From a virus (taxonomy: Duplodnaviria; Caudoviricetes): 64,000 nt of DNA. The translations under genes were made by a program, and so were the position numbers. Under the pieces are notes generated by a model. The model saw only the letters and a program-made list of their open reading frames with translations. It was not told the origin of the DNA and did not search any database. The DNA lies in the IMG/VR virus record IMGVR_UViG_3300010885_069896, positions 1 through 64,000 of that record; one strand, 5' to 3'. Below, one piece after another: positions 50,515 through 59,753 of this stretch (within the stretch, counting starts at the first letter, position 1; every line of letters begins with the position of its first letter).

Positions 50515-52116
50515 TTAGCGTCTTGCAACATTAGCTGCTGGTGCCGTGGGAGCAGCTAATGTATTTGTGACCGCAGCAGGAGCAGTAGGGGCAGCAACAG
50601 GTTGTGCAGCGATAGGAGTAGGATTAACAGCAGCGACAGCTTTAGGAGCAGCTGCTTTAATGGGTGGATTAACAGCTTGCAAAGACTGTAAGACAATTGC
50701 TTTACTTTTTTCTATTGCGTTTTTTGCCTTTGAAGGATCGACATTTTTATTCTTTTTGACAATGGCCGCAATAGAATCATCAATAGCTTTAGAGATAGTT
50801 TCAGGTTTTTTCATATTGGCAAGTTTTGTTGGATCTACTGGATATTTTGTTGCAAGCTGATTTATCTCTTGAACATACTCCGGCCCCATCGTTGCTTGAA
50901 AAAATGTTGGCAAATAGCGGTCGATGAATTTTTGCTCATCAGATGCTACTTGCGTTTGAGCTATGACTTGTTTTAATATTTCTTTCATTTGTTCTGGGCC
51001 AACTATTTTTTCTATTTTTTTAATTTTTGGACCAGCGGGACTTGGATCTGGTTTATTTTTTTTCCAATTTCCAACAGATGTTATTAATTCATTTGGTACT
51101 TCTGCTTTTGATTCTTTGCCAAAGATTTTTTGAATAAATCCTTCAATGATAATATCATCTTCGATATACCCAATACTCTCAGTTATTCCCATGTATTTTT
51201 TTATTTCTTCTTTTTCTTTTGCTGAAAGACCTGAAAAATATCTTTGTCGCTCTGTTGTGGATAGCGATTTTAATCTTCTTGCTGCTTTTTCCATGTCGGA
51301 TTCGTCGGCATCCGTTGTGCCCGGTGCCCTAAACGGGCTTTGCTTCGCTCTTTCTTTATTTTGCGTTCTTTCATATTTTTTATTTTGCATATAAGAACGG
51401 TAGGAGCCAGGATCGTTAATATTATTAAGCATCAAAAACTCAGACACGGATTCTAAAGCCGCATTTGCTTTCCCGGCACTGATTATATTAAGCATTGTGG
51501 CAGCTGCCTCGGCTCCTTTTGCAGTAGTCGCAGCGGCAGTTACCATATTAAAAGGAGCTATAAAGAAACCAACACCCCAAAAGTCCTTTTTAAACATCTC
51601 CCAGCCAGCTTCAACTTGGGCCATATCTTTTTTATAATATTCTTCGATGCCTTTTAAAGTTTTACCCTCCCAGGCCCTCATTTTATCTGCAACGTAGTTA
51701 ACCGCAGCAGGATCATTAAAGGGAATTATGGCGGCAACACTTCCGCCAACTAAAGTACCCAACAGTGAAATTCCCTGAGCGACTAATTTAGCAGCTGTTG
51801 ATTTAGTTGTTGCCCATGCTCCTCGTAAAGCGTCTAGGCCCATTACAGATCCGATAAATCCTCCTTGCTTTAAGGGTCCAGAACCTGTACTATCGCCGCC
51901 ACCGCCACCGCCACCGCCACCGCCACCGTAGCCACCACCAAAGCCGGATGTAGGGGCTGAAGGATAGTTGTCACTATAATCTCCACCATCATCCTGTTCA
52001 TTCAGCAAAGTCAGCTCAGATATTACAGAATCTATTTCTTCTTCTATAACTGCTTCAAGGATCTCCATCCTTTTTTTCTGCATTTGACGCTTGTAAATAT
52101 TTTTCTTTGTTGCCAT
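50515..52116 (-). CDS. Hypothetical protein with a poly-Gly stretch and an Ala/Pro-rich tail, possibly an internal head protein
   Basis: Long ORF; LLNEQ and ITES motifs; G-run; AAPxA repeats. Confidence 0.65.
   Translation of the reverse strand: MATKKNIYKRQMQKKRMEILEAVIEEEIDSVISELTLLNEQDDGGDYSDNYPSAPTSGFGGGYGGGGGGGGGGGDSTGSGPLKQGGFIGSVMGLDALRGAWATTKSTAAKLVAQGISLLGTLVGGSVAAIIPFNDPAAVNYVADKMRAWEGKTLKGIEEYYKKDMAQVEAGWEMFKKDFWGVGFFIAPFNMVTAAATTAKGAEAAATMLNIISAGKANAALESVSEFLMLNNINDPGSYRSYMQNKKYERTQNKERAKQSPFRAPGTTDADESDMEKAARRLKSLSTTERQRYFSGLSAKEKEEIKKYMGITESIGYIEDDIIIEGFIQKIFGKESKAEVPNELITSVGNWKKNKPDPSPAGPKIKKIEKIVGPEQMKEILKQVIAQTQVASDEQKFIDRYLPTFFQATMGPEYVQEINQLATKYPVDPTKLANMKKPETISKAIDDSIAAIVKKNKNVDPSKAKNAIEKSKAIVLQSLQAVNPPIKAAAPKAVAAVNPTPIAAQPVAAPTAPAAVTNTLAAPTAPAANVARR
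51896..51925 (-). repeat. (CCGCCA)x5 hexamer repeat encoding poly-Gly on the minus strand
   Basis: Read directly from the sequence. Confidence 0.9.
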
Positions 52117-52411
52117 TTAAAGCCCATCCCTTTGGTCTATGGACCCACGTTGGGTCATGCAACCTAGCGGGGTCAATGAATAAGTCTATACCTGTAAGTA
52201 GCTTCCAGTAGCTTATAACTTCCCTGTCGAAATCATTGATAAGCATTTTCTTTGTGTTTCTATGTCTTATGGAGAATCCAATATTTGTTCTCAGATGCCC
52301 AGGCATCGATCTGACTATTTCTTTTTTTACCAAAAACCAATCCGTGCATGATCCCTGCACATAAGATGCGACATATTCTATTTTTTCTTTTAATATACCA
52401 TGTATTGGCAT
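52055..52411 (-). CDS. Hypothetical protein (118 aa)
   Basis: First ORF of the minus-strand block; overlaps the next gene by 62 nt. Confidence 0.55.
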   Translation of the reverse strand: MPIHGILKEKIEYVASYVQGSCTDWFLVKKEIVRSMPGHLRTNIGFSIRHRNTKKMLINDFDREVISYWKLLTGIDLFIDPARLHDPTWVHRPKGWALNGNKEKYLQASNAEKKDGDP

Positions 52412-52470
52412 TGCTTTATTAATTTTAAAATATCTTAATATAACTAAGTGTATAGAAAATAGTCAATTAC

Positions 52471-53268
52471 ATGACATGGCAGCAAAAAAATTTTTTGTTT
52501 AAAAGACTAGGGCTGTTAGATTATTCATACAAAAATAAATCAGGTTTATATCTCATAGAAAATTTAGATAGCAATCGATTTTATGTTGGCAGTGCAGTCG
52601 ATCTATATAAAAGAATGCACGTTCACCTTTGTCAATTAAAAGGAAATTATCATCATAACGCATTTTTACAACATGATTATAATTCTGGTAACAAAAAATT
52701 AGTTTTTACCGTTCTTGAGTTAATATCAAAGGATTTATTAATTACCGAAGAACAAAAATATATAGATTTAATTGGTAATAATTCGGTTTGTTACAATATT
52801 TGTAAAATTGCTGGTAGTTGGCTTGGAAAAAAACACTCAGCAAAAACAAAAAAGATCTTAAGCGAAAAATCCATCGGAAGAAAAATATCAGATGCCACAA
52901 AGGAAAAAATAAGAAGATCTCACGTTGGCAAACCTCTATCGCCACATCATCCAATCCGAAATGGACATACAGAGCAGAGTAAAAATAAAATTTCAAAAAC
53001 TATGCAGGGAAATAAAAATCATTTTTACGGCAAAACACATTCTAATAAGACAAAAACATTAATTAGAGAAAAACTACTAGGAAACTACCATGGCCCAAGA
53101 ACAAGAGTGAAGATAATTAATAAAGACTCTGGGGAGATTTTAGTTTTTGATAGCATGTCTGCCGCTGGTAAAAAACTGGGAATTAGTCAGTCTTATATAA
53201 GTCAAGTTTGTGCGGGTAAAATTAAAAATAATAAACCTTGGAATTTTGAGATAATTAAAGAAGAATAA
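52471..53268 (+). CDS. GIY-YIG homing endonuclease with a portal-like N-terminal peptide
   Basis: SGLYLIEN-RFYVGS, NUMOD3 HSAKTKKILS, NUMOD1-like FDSMSAAGKKLGIS. The first 16 aa resemble the portal N-terminus. Confidence 0.9.
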   Translation: MTWQQKNFLFKRLGLLDYSYKNKSGLYLIENLDSNRFYVGSAVDLYKRMHVHLCQLKGNYHHNAFLQHDYNSGNKKLVFTVLELISKDLLITEEQKYIDLIGNNSVCYNICKIAGSWLGKKHSAKTKKILSEKSIGRKISDATKEKIRRSHVGKPLSPHHPIRNGHTEQSKNKISKTMQGNKNHFYGKTHSNKTKTLIREKLLGNYHGPRTRVKIINKDSGEILVFDSMSAAGKKLGISQSYISQVCAGKIKNNKPWNFEIIKEE

Positions 53269-53269
53269 T

Positions 53270-56200
53270 ATGGCAAATCAACAAAAAAGTTTCTATCAAC
53301 GTTTAACTCGTCTTTTCCGAAGTGGCCCAGCAATTCGCCGCAAAGTAAAAGGGCAAGATTATAAAAATTTCTACGATAATCAAGTTGTACAAAACAATCT
53401 AGGATATTATGGTGCATCTGGGTTTAAACGGGAAGCATCGCCATTTTCCGTCATGGGTGCTTATGGTATCCTCGATCGCAATTCAAGATATGCAGAGTTC
53501 GCAGAAATGGAAAACTGCTTGCATGGTGACACTAAAATTGCAGTGCCTGGAGGATATAAAACACTCAAGGAACTAACTGAAGAATATGGATTAGAAAAAG
53601 ATTTCATTGTATATTCTTACGATCACAAAAAAGGTGCAATTTTTCCGGCAGTGGCACGTCAGGCAAGACATACTACAACCACTCATGCTTATCGAGTTAA
53701 ATTTGATAATGGCAAAGAAATTATAGGAACAGAGGATCATCGTCTCATGAAACGAGATGGTACTTATTGTGAAATTCGTGATCTTAAGTCTGGTGATGCG
53801 ATGATGCCATTTTATCGACGATCTCTTGTCGGACAAAAAACAGGACCAGAGCTTCAAAAAAATTGTTATCAAGTTATATACACGATGAATAAAGAAGATA
53901 GTCCATCTAGATGGATATCGGAGCACAGATTGTTAGGTAAATTTATCACAGGAAAAGGTTTGGCTGCAAACGAAGTTGTTCATCATAAAAATTTTCAAGC
54001 TCACGATAATCGACTAGAAAATCTAGAGCTTATGACACTGGAGGCACATCAAACGTTGCACGCAAAAATACTGAATGGTAAAAAATGGGACAAAGAAACC
54101 AACTCAGAATGGATATCAGCATTCAAGAAACGTCACTCGGCTTGGATGAAAGAAAATAACCCAGCAGAAAGAAAAGATATTAAATTTGAAAGAATATTGC
54201 AATGGTGTGATGAAAACGGTTATAATTTACATGCTGTCGCTAGAGCGTTTGATACTGACCTCAATACAATTAAAAGAAAACTAAAATTAAAAGGCTTTAA
54301 TGATTTTATTTCATTCGCAAAAGCATACTGCGTTGGCTGGAAACCTTATAACGGAGAAAATAAAGGATCTAGTAACAATCGCTATCGTAGCGATCTAACG
54401 TTTGAATCGATCTGCAACGCATACACAAAAGGGCTAAGTCAAAAAGCGCTCGCCAAGAAACTAAAATCTTCAGTTACTCCAATAAATGCTAGGTTAAAAG
54501 AACACAAATATAATACATGGTCAGAATTCGCCTCGACATATGAAAATCTTAAAGTTGAAAGCATTGAGTATTATGGGATAACTGACCTGTATGATATCAC
54601 TGTCGATGGTTACAAAAACTTTGCGACAGATTCTCTCATAGCCCACAATACGGCTGAGATCGCTACTGCATTAAATGTATATGCTGACGAGTCTTGTGCG
54701 ACTGATGAAAAAGGAAAAACATTCCACATTTACTCAGAAAATGCACAAGTACAAAAGGCGCTAGAAGAGTTGTTTTACGAAGTTGTTAATATTGAATTTA
54801 ATGCCCGTAGAATGGTGAGAAATTTAGTTAAAAATGGCGACTATTTTTGTTATGTTGAAGTAGTACCAGATTTTGGCGTTATTAATGTTGAACCATTGCC
54901 AGTCAATGAAATCGAACGTGAAGAAGGATTCGATAAACATGATCCATATGCTGTTCGTTATCGCCTGATAACTCGTGGCGGAAAATATTTAGAAAACTGG
55001 CAGATGCTACATTTCCGTATTCTTGGAAATGATCTTTTCCTTCCGTATGGAACAAGCTTTCTTGAATCTGCACGTAGGTCATGGCGTCAGTTAACAATGA
55101 TGGAAGATGCGATGATGGTATATCGCTTAGTGCGATCACCGGAACGTCGTGTGTTTTATATAGATGTATCAGCAGTCCATCCAAACGATATTCCATCATA
55201 TATGGAGGCCGTCAAGGAGGGGATGAGAGGTGCTTCCGTAATTGAGCAGCAGCAAGGTCGTCAGGATTTCAGATATAACCCATTGCCCGTGCATAAAGAT
55301 ACTGGGATTCCACTGCTTGACGGCAGAACAATAACCATTGAAGAGCTTGCGAAAGAGTACGATACAGGAAAAGAAAACTGGGTATATTCTATTCAGGACT
55401 CTAGCCTCGGAATAGTTCCAGGTAAAGTAGCATGGTGTGGTAAAAATTATACCGCAAATAAATTAATCAAGATAACTCTTGATGATGGAACTAGCCTTAA
55501 AACTGCACCAGAGCACCCTTACGTGCTTCGTGATGGTTCAAGTGTAAGAGCGGACCAATTGATCCCTGGAATGTCTCTAATGCCCCTTTATAGAGAGATT
55601 ACGGACAAAGGATATGAACGGTGCTATAACCCAGAAACCCAGAAATATGAAACCACTCATTCTTTAGTTGCAAAAAACTTCTACCAGAATGAATGGCAGA
55701 ATACAGCGAGACCTGTGGTTCATCATAAGTGTCCATGGGAAAGAGAAACTAATAAAAGAAATAATTCTCCAAGAAATCTAGAAGTAATGAATTTTTGGCA
55801 ACATAGAGAGCTTCATGCAAAAATGGTTGAGCATACTTTGCTTCGCCCCGAAGTATTAAAAGAAAATTCTCGTAGATTGACACGATACAATCGTTCAAAA
55901 CTACATAGCACCCGTGTGTCATTGAATAATATAAAATATCAAAAGGGCCAAAAATTATCTCAGCTATACAATGGTTCTGATCTTCACAAAGAGCATAATG
56001 AAATCAGAAAAGCTGCTCAATTTAATTCATGGTCATTGAACAAGGCGGAACGTTGCCAAGCAATGAGATTTAAATTTACGGAAAAATGCTTGCAAATAGC
56101 TAAAGATTTGCTGTCTGCTAACCCAACTATTTCACGAGATGAATTTGGGGCAAGATTACAAAATAATATTGAATTCGTAGCGGCGATAAAAGAAGCAAAC

Positions 56201-58807
56201 GCTAATACGAAACGTCAAAATAAAATCCCAAACCATAGAATACTTGCACAGAATATTTCTAACTATGCTGGTTTTGAATCTTATGTGGATTTCAAAAACT
56301 CATTCTCTTCTCATCAATATCTTAATCATAAAATTTCAATAGTTGAGACAGTCACAGAAACAGTTGATGTTTATTGCATGACAGTGGTTGGGCCAAATGG
56401 TGAAGAAGATCGTCACAATTTTGCTGCTGTATCTAATGATGATACGGGTAATTCTAAAGAAAAAATTTCGGCAATATTTCTAAAAAACTCCGTAGATGAG
56501 GATTACTTTCTACCAACTAGACCAAACAATCAGACTAAAATTGAATCTATTGCGGGTGGACAAAATACAACGGCCACAGAAGATGTGGAGTACATCCAGA
56601 AAAAACTTATTGCTGCCCTCATGGTACCAAAGGCGTACCTTACATACGATGAAGCAATATCATGCTTGGTCGGAGAAACGCAAATACCTTTACTTGACGG
56701 TTCTAGCCCCACTATCAAAGAACTTTCAGATAAATTTGCTAATGGAGAATTAACTGAAGCTTATTGCTATTCGACTTTACTTGATGGGACAGTTGTTCCA
56801 GGTAAAATAAACAAAGCGTGGGCCACCAAAAAAGTAAATTCAACATATCGGATTTATTTAGACAATGGAGAATATATCGACTGTACGGAAAATCACCCAT
56901 TCCTGTTTAAAAACGGGGTCTATAAACGTGCTGATGAATTGACTGTTAATGACTCATTGATGCCTGTGTATAAAAAACTATCCTCCAAACAAGACAAAGA
57001 TTTACTGGATGGATATGAAATGGTATTTGACAATAAAACTGGTGAATGGAAATATACACACAAAATGGTATCTGACTGGCAAGCTGAAAACAATGGTGGT
57101 TATACTATAGGTAAACAAAGAGTAGTACACCATGTAGATTTTAATAAACTAAATAATAGTCCAAAAAATCTACAAGAGATGACTTGGTACAGCCATAGAA
57201 AACTACATTCACAAAATCTTTCATCGACAATTTTACGACCAGATGTAATGATAAAACGAGAGCCAAGTAGACTTGCTGCGCTTTCGGCATCTAGACACCG
57301 TAATATAAAATCAAGACAAATGAAACAACAAATGAACGATCCAAAATCGGCTTTGCGTTCATGGGTCCATGGGGAAGAAATAAAACAAGTAGTATCCAGA
57401 AACATGAAAGCCGCTTGGAGTACCGAGAAATATCGTTCAATAAAAACCAAGCAAAATAAAGAGATATTACAAAAACCAGAAGTTAGAGAAAAATTGTTTG
57501 GTAAAAATCATTGGGCTGCAAGAGCTACTAAACATTTTGATTTGAATTGGCTTGTTGAATACTGTAAACAAAACAATGTAACAGAATATCTGCATTTCAG
57601 AAAATCATCACAGAACAATTCACCATGTAGCTCTAGAGTAGTCGGAAGAATATTCAGAGAAAACAATATTTCTGGCTGGCGTGAATTTGAAAAACAATAT
57701 CTTTGTTTCAATCACAAAGTTATTCAGATAGAAATAAAAGAGTGCGGTGATGAAGCCACACAGGGTGTTTGGGTATATGACTTGGAAGTAGAAAAGACAC
57801 ACAACTTCCTTGTAAAACAAGGCGTGGTAGTACACAACAGCAAAAGTACATTGGCTCAGGAGGACATTAGATTTTCTCGCACAATTGCAACATTACAAAA
57901 AATCATGATTGCTGAATTAAATAAACTTGCAATCATTCATTTGTATGCACTTGGATTCAGCGGAGATGATTTATTAAACTTTGAACTTAAATTCTCCAAC
58001 CCTTCGACAGTAGCAGTCCAGCAAAAACTAGCATTGGTTTCTCAAAAAATAGAAATAGCGGCAAAAGCTTGGGAAGTTTCTAAAGAAACAGGCATTATGA
58101 GTATGCCATATATTCAAAAAGAAATTCTTGGACTTCGCCCAGAAGAAATAAATCAAATCCGTCTTGAGGCCCGTCAAGATCAAGTTGCAATGGCCGAGCT
58201 TAAGAAAATAGCAGAAAATCCACCATTTGATAATTCCCTCGACTCAAATATAGATATTTTTGATAAGGGTAACTATAGCGTACCATCTTCTCCTTTTGCG
58301 CCAGACCCTAAACAACTAAGAGATATCGAATTAAAAAATCAAGAAGATGAACTAGCACTTCGCAGAGAAAGAAAATTGGAAAAGGAAAAAAATGGAGAAA
58401 ACTCAGGCGCTCCAATTAAACTTAACCCAACGCCAAATCTTGATAAAGCATTCCGCAGGAATAAAAGAAGCAAAGAATTCACTGGCATCAGTGCTTTGGC
58501 AATGCCTAACTTTAAAGACATGCTTGATATAACAAATAATCGTTATTCTAAAGACCCGTATGATACCCAGAGTTCAAATTATACAAGAAAATTTGTTCTT
58601 GAAGAAAGTCAGATTGAAAATGAGTTGCTTGGTCGTGGAAAACTACCATATAAAATTTCAAAAGAAATGCAATCTACATTAAAAACAATGAATGAATCCA
58701 TGAAAAGAGATTTTGAAATTAAAGGAATTGAACTGGTAAATGAAAAATCTTCAGAAGATCAATCAGATATGTTATTTTTAATAGAAAAAGATCTAAAAAC
58801 AGAATAG
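53270..58807 (+). CDS. Portal protein (T4 gp20-like) with three inteins; about 674 aa after splicing
   Basis: Extein motifs: EMEN|TAEIATALNVYADE, LVKNGDYF, QLTMMEDAMMVYRLVRSPERRVFYIDV, YNPL|SVDEDYFLP, EDVEYIQKKL-VPKAYL, TLAQEDIRFSRTI. Confidence 0.93.
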   Translation: MANQQKSFYQRLTRLFRSGPAIRRKVKGQDYKNFYDNQVVQNNLGYYGASGFKREASPFSVMGAYGILDRNSRYAEFAEMENCLHGDTKIAVPGGYKTLKELTEEYGLEKDFIVYSYDHKKGAIFPAVARQARHTTTTHAYRVKFDNGKEIIGTEDHRLMKRDGTYCEIRDLKSGDAMMPFYRRSLVGQKTGPELQKNCYQVIYTMNKEDSPSRWISEHRLLGKFITGKGLAANEVVHHKNFQAHDNRLENLELMTLEAHQTLHAKILNGKKWDKETNSEWISAFKKRHSAWMKENNPAERKDIKFERILQWCDENGYNLHAVARAFDTDLNTIKRKLKLKGFNDFISFAKAYCVGWKPYNGENKGSSNNRYRSDLTFESICNAYTKGLSQKALAKKLKSSVTPINARLKEHKYNTWSEFASTYENLKVESIEYYGITDLYDITVDGYKNFATDSLIAHNTAEIATALNVYADESCATDEKGKTFHIYSENAQVQKALEELFYEVVNIEFNARRMVRNLVKNGDYFCYVEVVPDFGVINVEPLPVNEIEREEGFDKHDPYAVRYRLITRGGKYLENWQMLHFRILGNDLFLPYGTSFLESARRSWRQLTMMEDAMMVYRLVRSPERRVFYIDVSAVHPNDIPSYMEAVKEGMRGASVIEQQQGRQDFRYNPLPVHKDTGIPLLDGRTITIEELAKEYDTGKENWVYSIQDSSLGIVPGKVAWCGKNYTANKLIKITLDDGTSLKTAPEHPYVLRDGSSVRADQLIPGMSLMPLYREITDKGYERCYNPETQKYETTHSLVAKNFYQNEWQNTARPVVHHKCPWERETNKRNNSPRNLEVMNFWQHRELHAKMVEHTLLRPEVLKENSRRLTRYNRSKLHSTRVSLNNIKYQKGQKLSQLYNGSDLHKEHNEIRKAAQFNSWSLNKAERCQAMRFKFTEKCLQIAKDLLSANPTISRDEFGARLQNNIEFVAAIKEANANTKRQNKIPNHRILAQNISNYAGFESYVDFKNSFSSHQYLNHKISIVETVTETVDVYCMTVVGPNGEEDRHNFAAVSNDDTGNSKEKISAIFLKNSVDEDYFLPTRPNNQTKIESIAGGQNTTATEDVEYIQKKLIAALMVPKAYLTYDEAISCLVGETQIPLLDGSSPTIKELSDKFANGELTEAYCYSTLLDGTVVPGKINKAWATKKVNSTYRIYLDNGEYIDCTENHPFLFKNGVYKRADELTVNDSLMPVYKKLSSKQDKDLLDGYEMVFDNKTGEWKYTHKMVSDWQAENNGGYTIGKQRVVHHVDFNKLNNSPKNLQEMTWYSHRKLHSQNLSSTILRPDVMIKREPSRLAALSASRHRNIKSRQMKQQMNDPKSALRSWVHGEEIKQVVSRNMKAAWSTEKYRSIKTKQNKEILQKPEVREKLFGKNHWAARATKHFDLNWLVEYCKQNNVTEYLHFRKSSQNNSPCSSRVVGRIFRENNISGWREFEKQYLCFNHKVIQIEIKECGDEATQGVWVYDLEVEKTHNFLVKQGVVVHNSKSTLAQEDIRFSRTIATLQKIMIAELNKLAIIHLYALGFSGDDLLNFELKFSNPSTVAVQQKLALVSQKIEIAAKAWEVSKETGIMSMPYIQKEILGLRPEEINQIRLEARQDQVAMAELKKIAENPPFDNSLDSNIDIFDKGNYSVPSSPFAPDPKQLRDIELKNQEDELALRRERKLEKEKNGENSGAPIKLNPTPNLDKAFRRNKRSKEFTGISALAMPNFKDMLDITNNRYSKDPYDTQSSNYTRKFVLEESQIENELLGRGKLPYKISKEMQSTLKTMNESMKRDFEIKGIELVNEKSSEDQSDMLFLIEKDLKTE
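53516..54649 (+). mobile_element. Portal intein 1 (378 aa, class 1, HNH endonuclease)
   Basis: CLHGDTKI...GTEDHRL...VVHHKNF-DNRLENL...LYDITV...IAHN followed by Thr. Confidence 0.93.
55286..56488 (+). mobile_element. Portal intein 2 (401 aa, Pro-initiated and atypical, HNH endonuclease)
   Basis: PVHKDTGIPLLDG...TAPEHPY...VVHHK-NNSPRNL...VYCMTV...RHNF...IFLKN followed by Ser. Removal restores YNPLSVDEDY. Confidence 0.85.
56663..57838 (+). mobile_element. Portal intein 3 (392 aa, class 1, HNH endonuclease)
   Basis: CLVGETQIPLLDG...CTENHPF...VVHHVDFNKLNNSPKNL...VYDLEV...VVHN followed by Ser. Confidence 0.93.
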
Positions 58808-58880
58808 TAAATTCTATTTATGATAAGCTAGCTAGGCACGCAGCTATCTAATATAACTGTAATGCGGGTAAAAATAAATT

Positions 58881-59753
58881 ATGCAAAAGCTAAAACACAA
58901 TAAAAAACGAAACATCGGCCTACTTTATGAATTTTTCACACGGTTTATCGGTAAAGCTATTTTAGAAAATAGAGATAACGACATCGTAAAAGCAAAAACT
59001 TTGCTGAAAAAACATTTGAACCGTGGAACAGATCTCTATAAAGAATTAAAACTCTTTAAAGTGCTATCAGAAGCAAATGTCTCAAATCGAGAACAAGCAT
59101 TGCATCTTATAAATCGTGTCCGTGAAGCAGTGAAATATCAAAGCCAAGCTAGATTGGAGTTAGAAAAAACTAGCCTGATTCATGAAGTCAATTCTAACCT
59201 TAATGCCGATTTGTTTTTCGAAGAAGCTATTACAGACTATAAGAAATTAGGAGTAATCCAGGTTCTTTTAAATACTTGGAGAGATGAAACTCTCAAAGAA
59301 AGTGTGGTTGGCGAAACTGTATACCTTGAAGAAAAATTAATTGATTTCATGATGAACAATAATAGCAAGGACGATAGCCAACAAGCACTGCAAATGACAA
59401 CTGAAGACGTTGATCGTCTTGTAGTAAATCTAATGACCGAAAAGGTAAACAAGAAATACTCAAATCTAAATGAAGAACAAAAAGATGTGATCCGTCTTTA
59501 TGTTTTCAGTAAAGATGATGCACAAGTAAAAGAAAGCTTGGTAGAAAAATTGTCAGGAATAAAAAATAAATTCCTCGCAGTGCTGCCAGCCCATAGACAC
59601 GAATTTGTAAACGATAAAGTTCTTATCGATAAACTAAGCGAAGTAAAAAATACTCTTCTCAAAGAATATAGCGATTTTTCATCCGTCAATGATGATATGG
59701 TCGGGTTTTATCTTGGTTTATCTAAACTTGAACATGAGGTAAAATCAAAATGA
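58881..59753 (+). CDS. Conserved head-module protein of unknown function
   Basis: KLKHNKKRNIGLLYEF N-terminal motif; located between portal and protease; preceded by TCTAATATAA. Confidence 0.65.
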   Translation: MQKLKHNKKRNIGLLYEFFTRFIGKAILENRDNDIVKAKTLLKKHLNRGTDLYKELKLFKVLSEANVSNREQALHLINRVREAVKYQSQARLELEKTSLIHEVNSNLNADLFFEEAITDYKKLGVIQVLLNTWRDETLKESVVGETVYLEEKLIDFMMNNNSKDDSQQALQMTTEDVDRLVVNLMTEKVNKKYSNLNEEQKDVIRLYVFSKDDAQVKESLVEKLSGIKNKFLAVLPAHRHEFVNDKVLIDKLSEVKNTLLKEYSDFSSVNDDMVGFYLGLSKLEHEVKSK

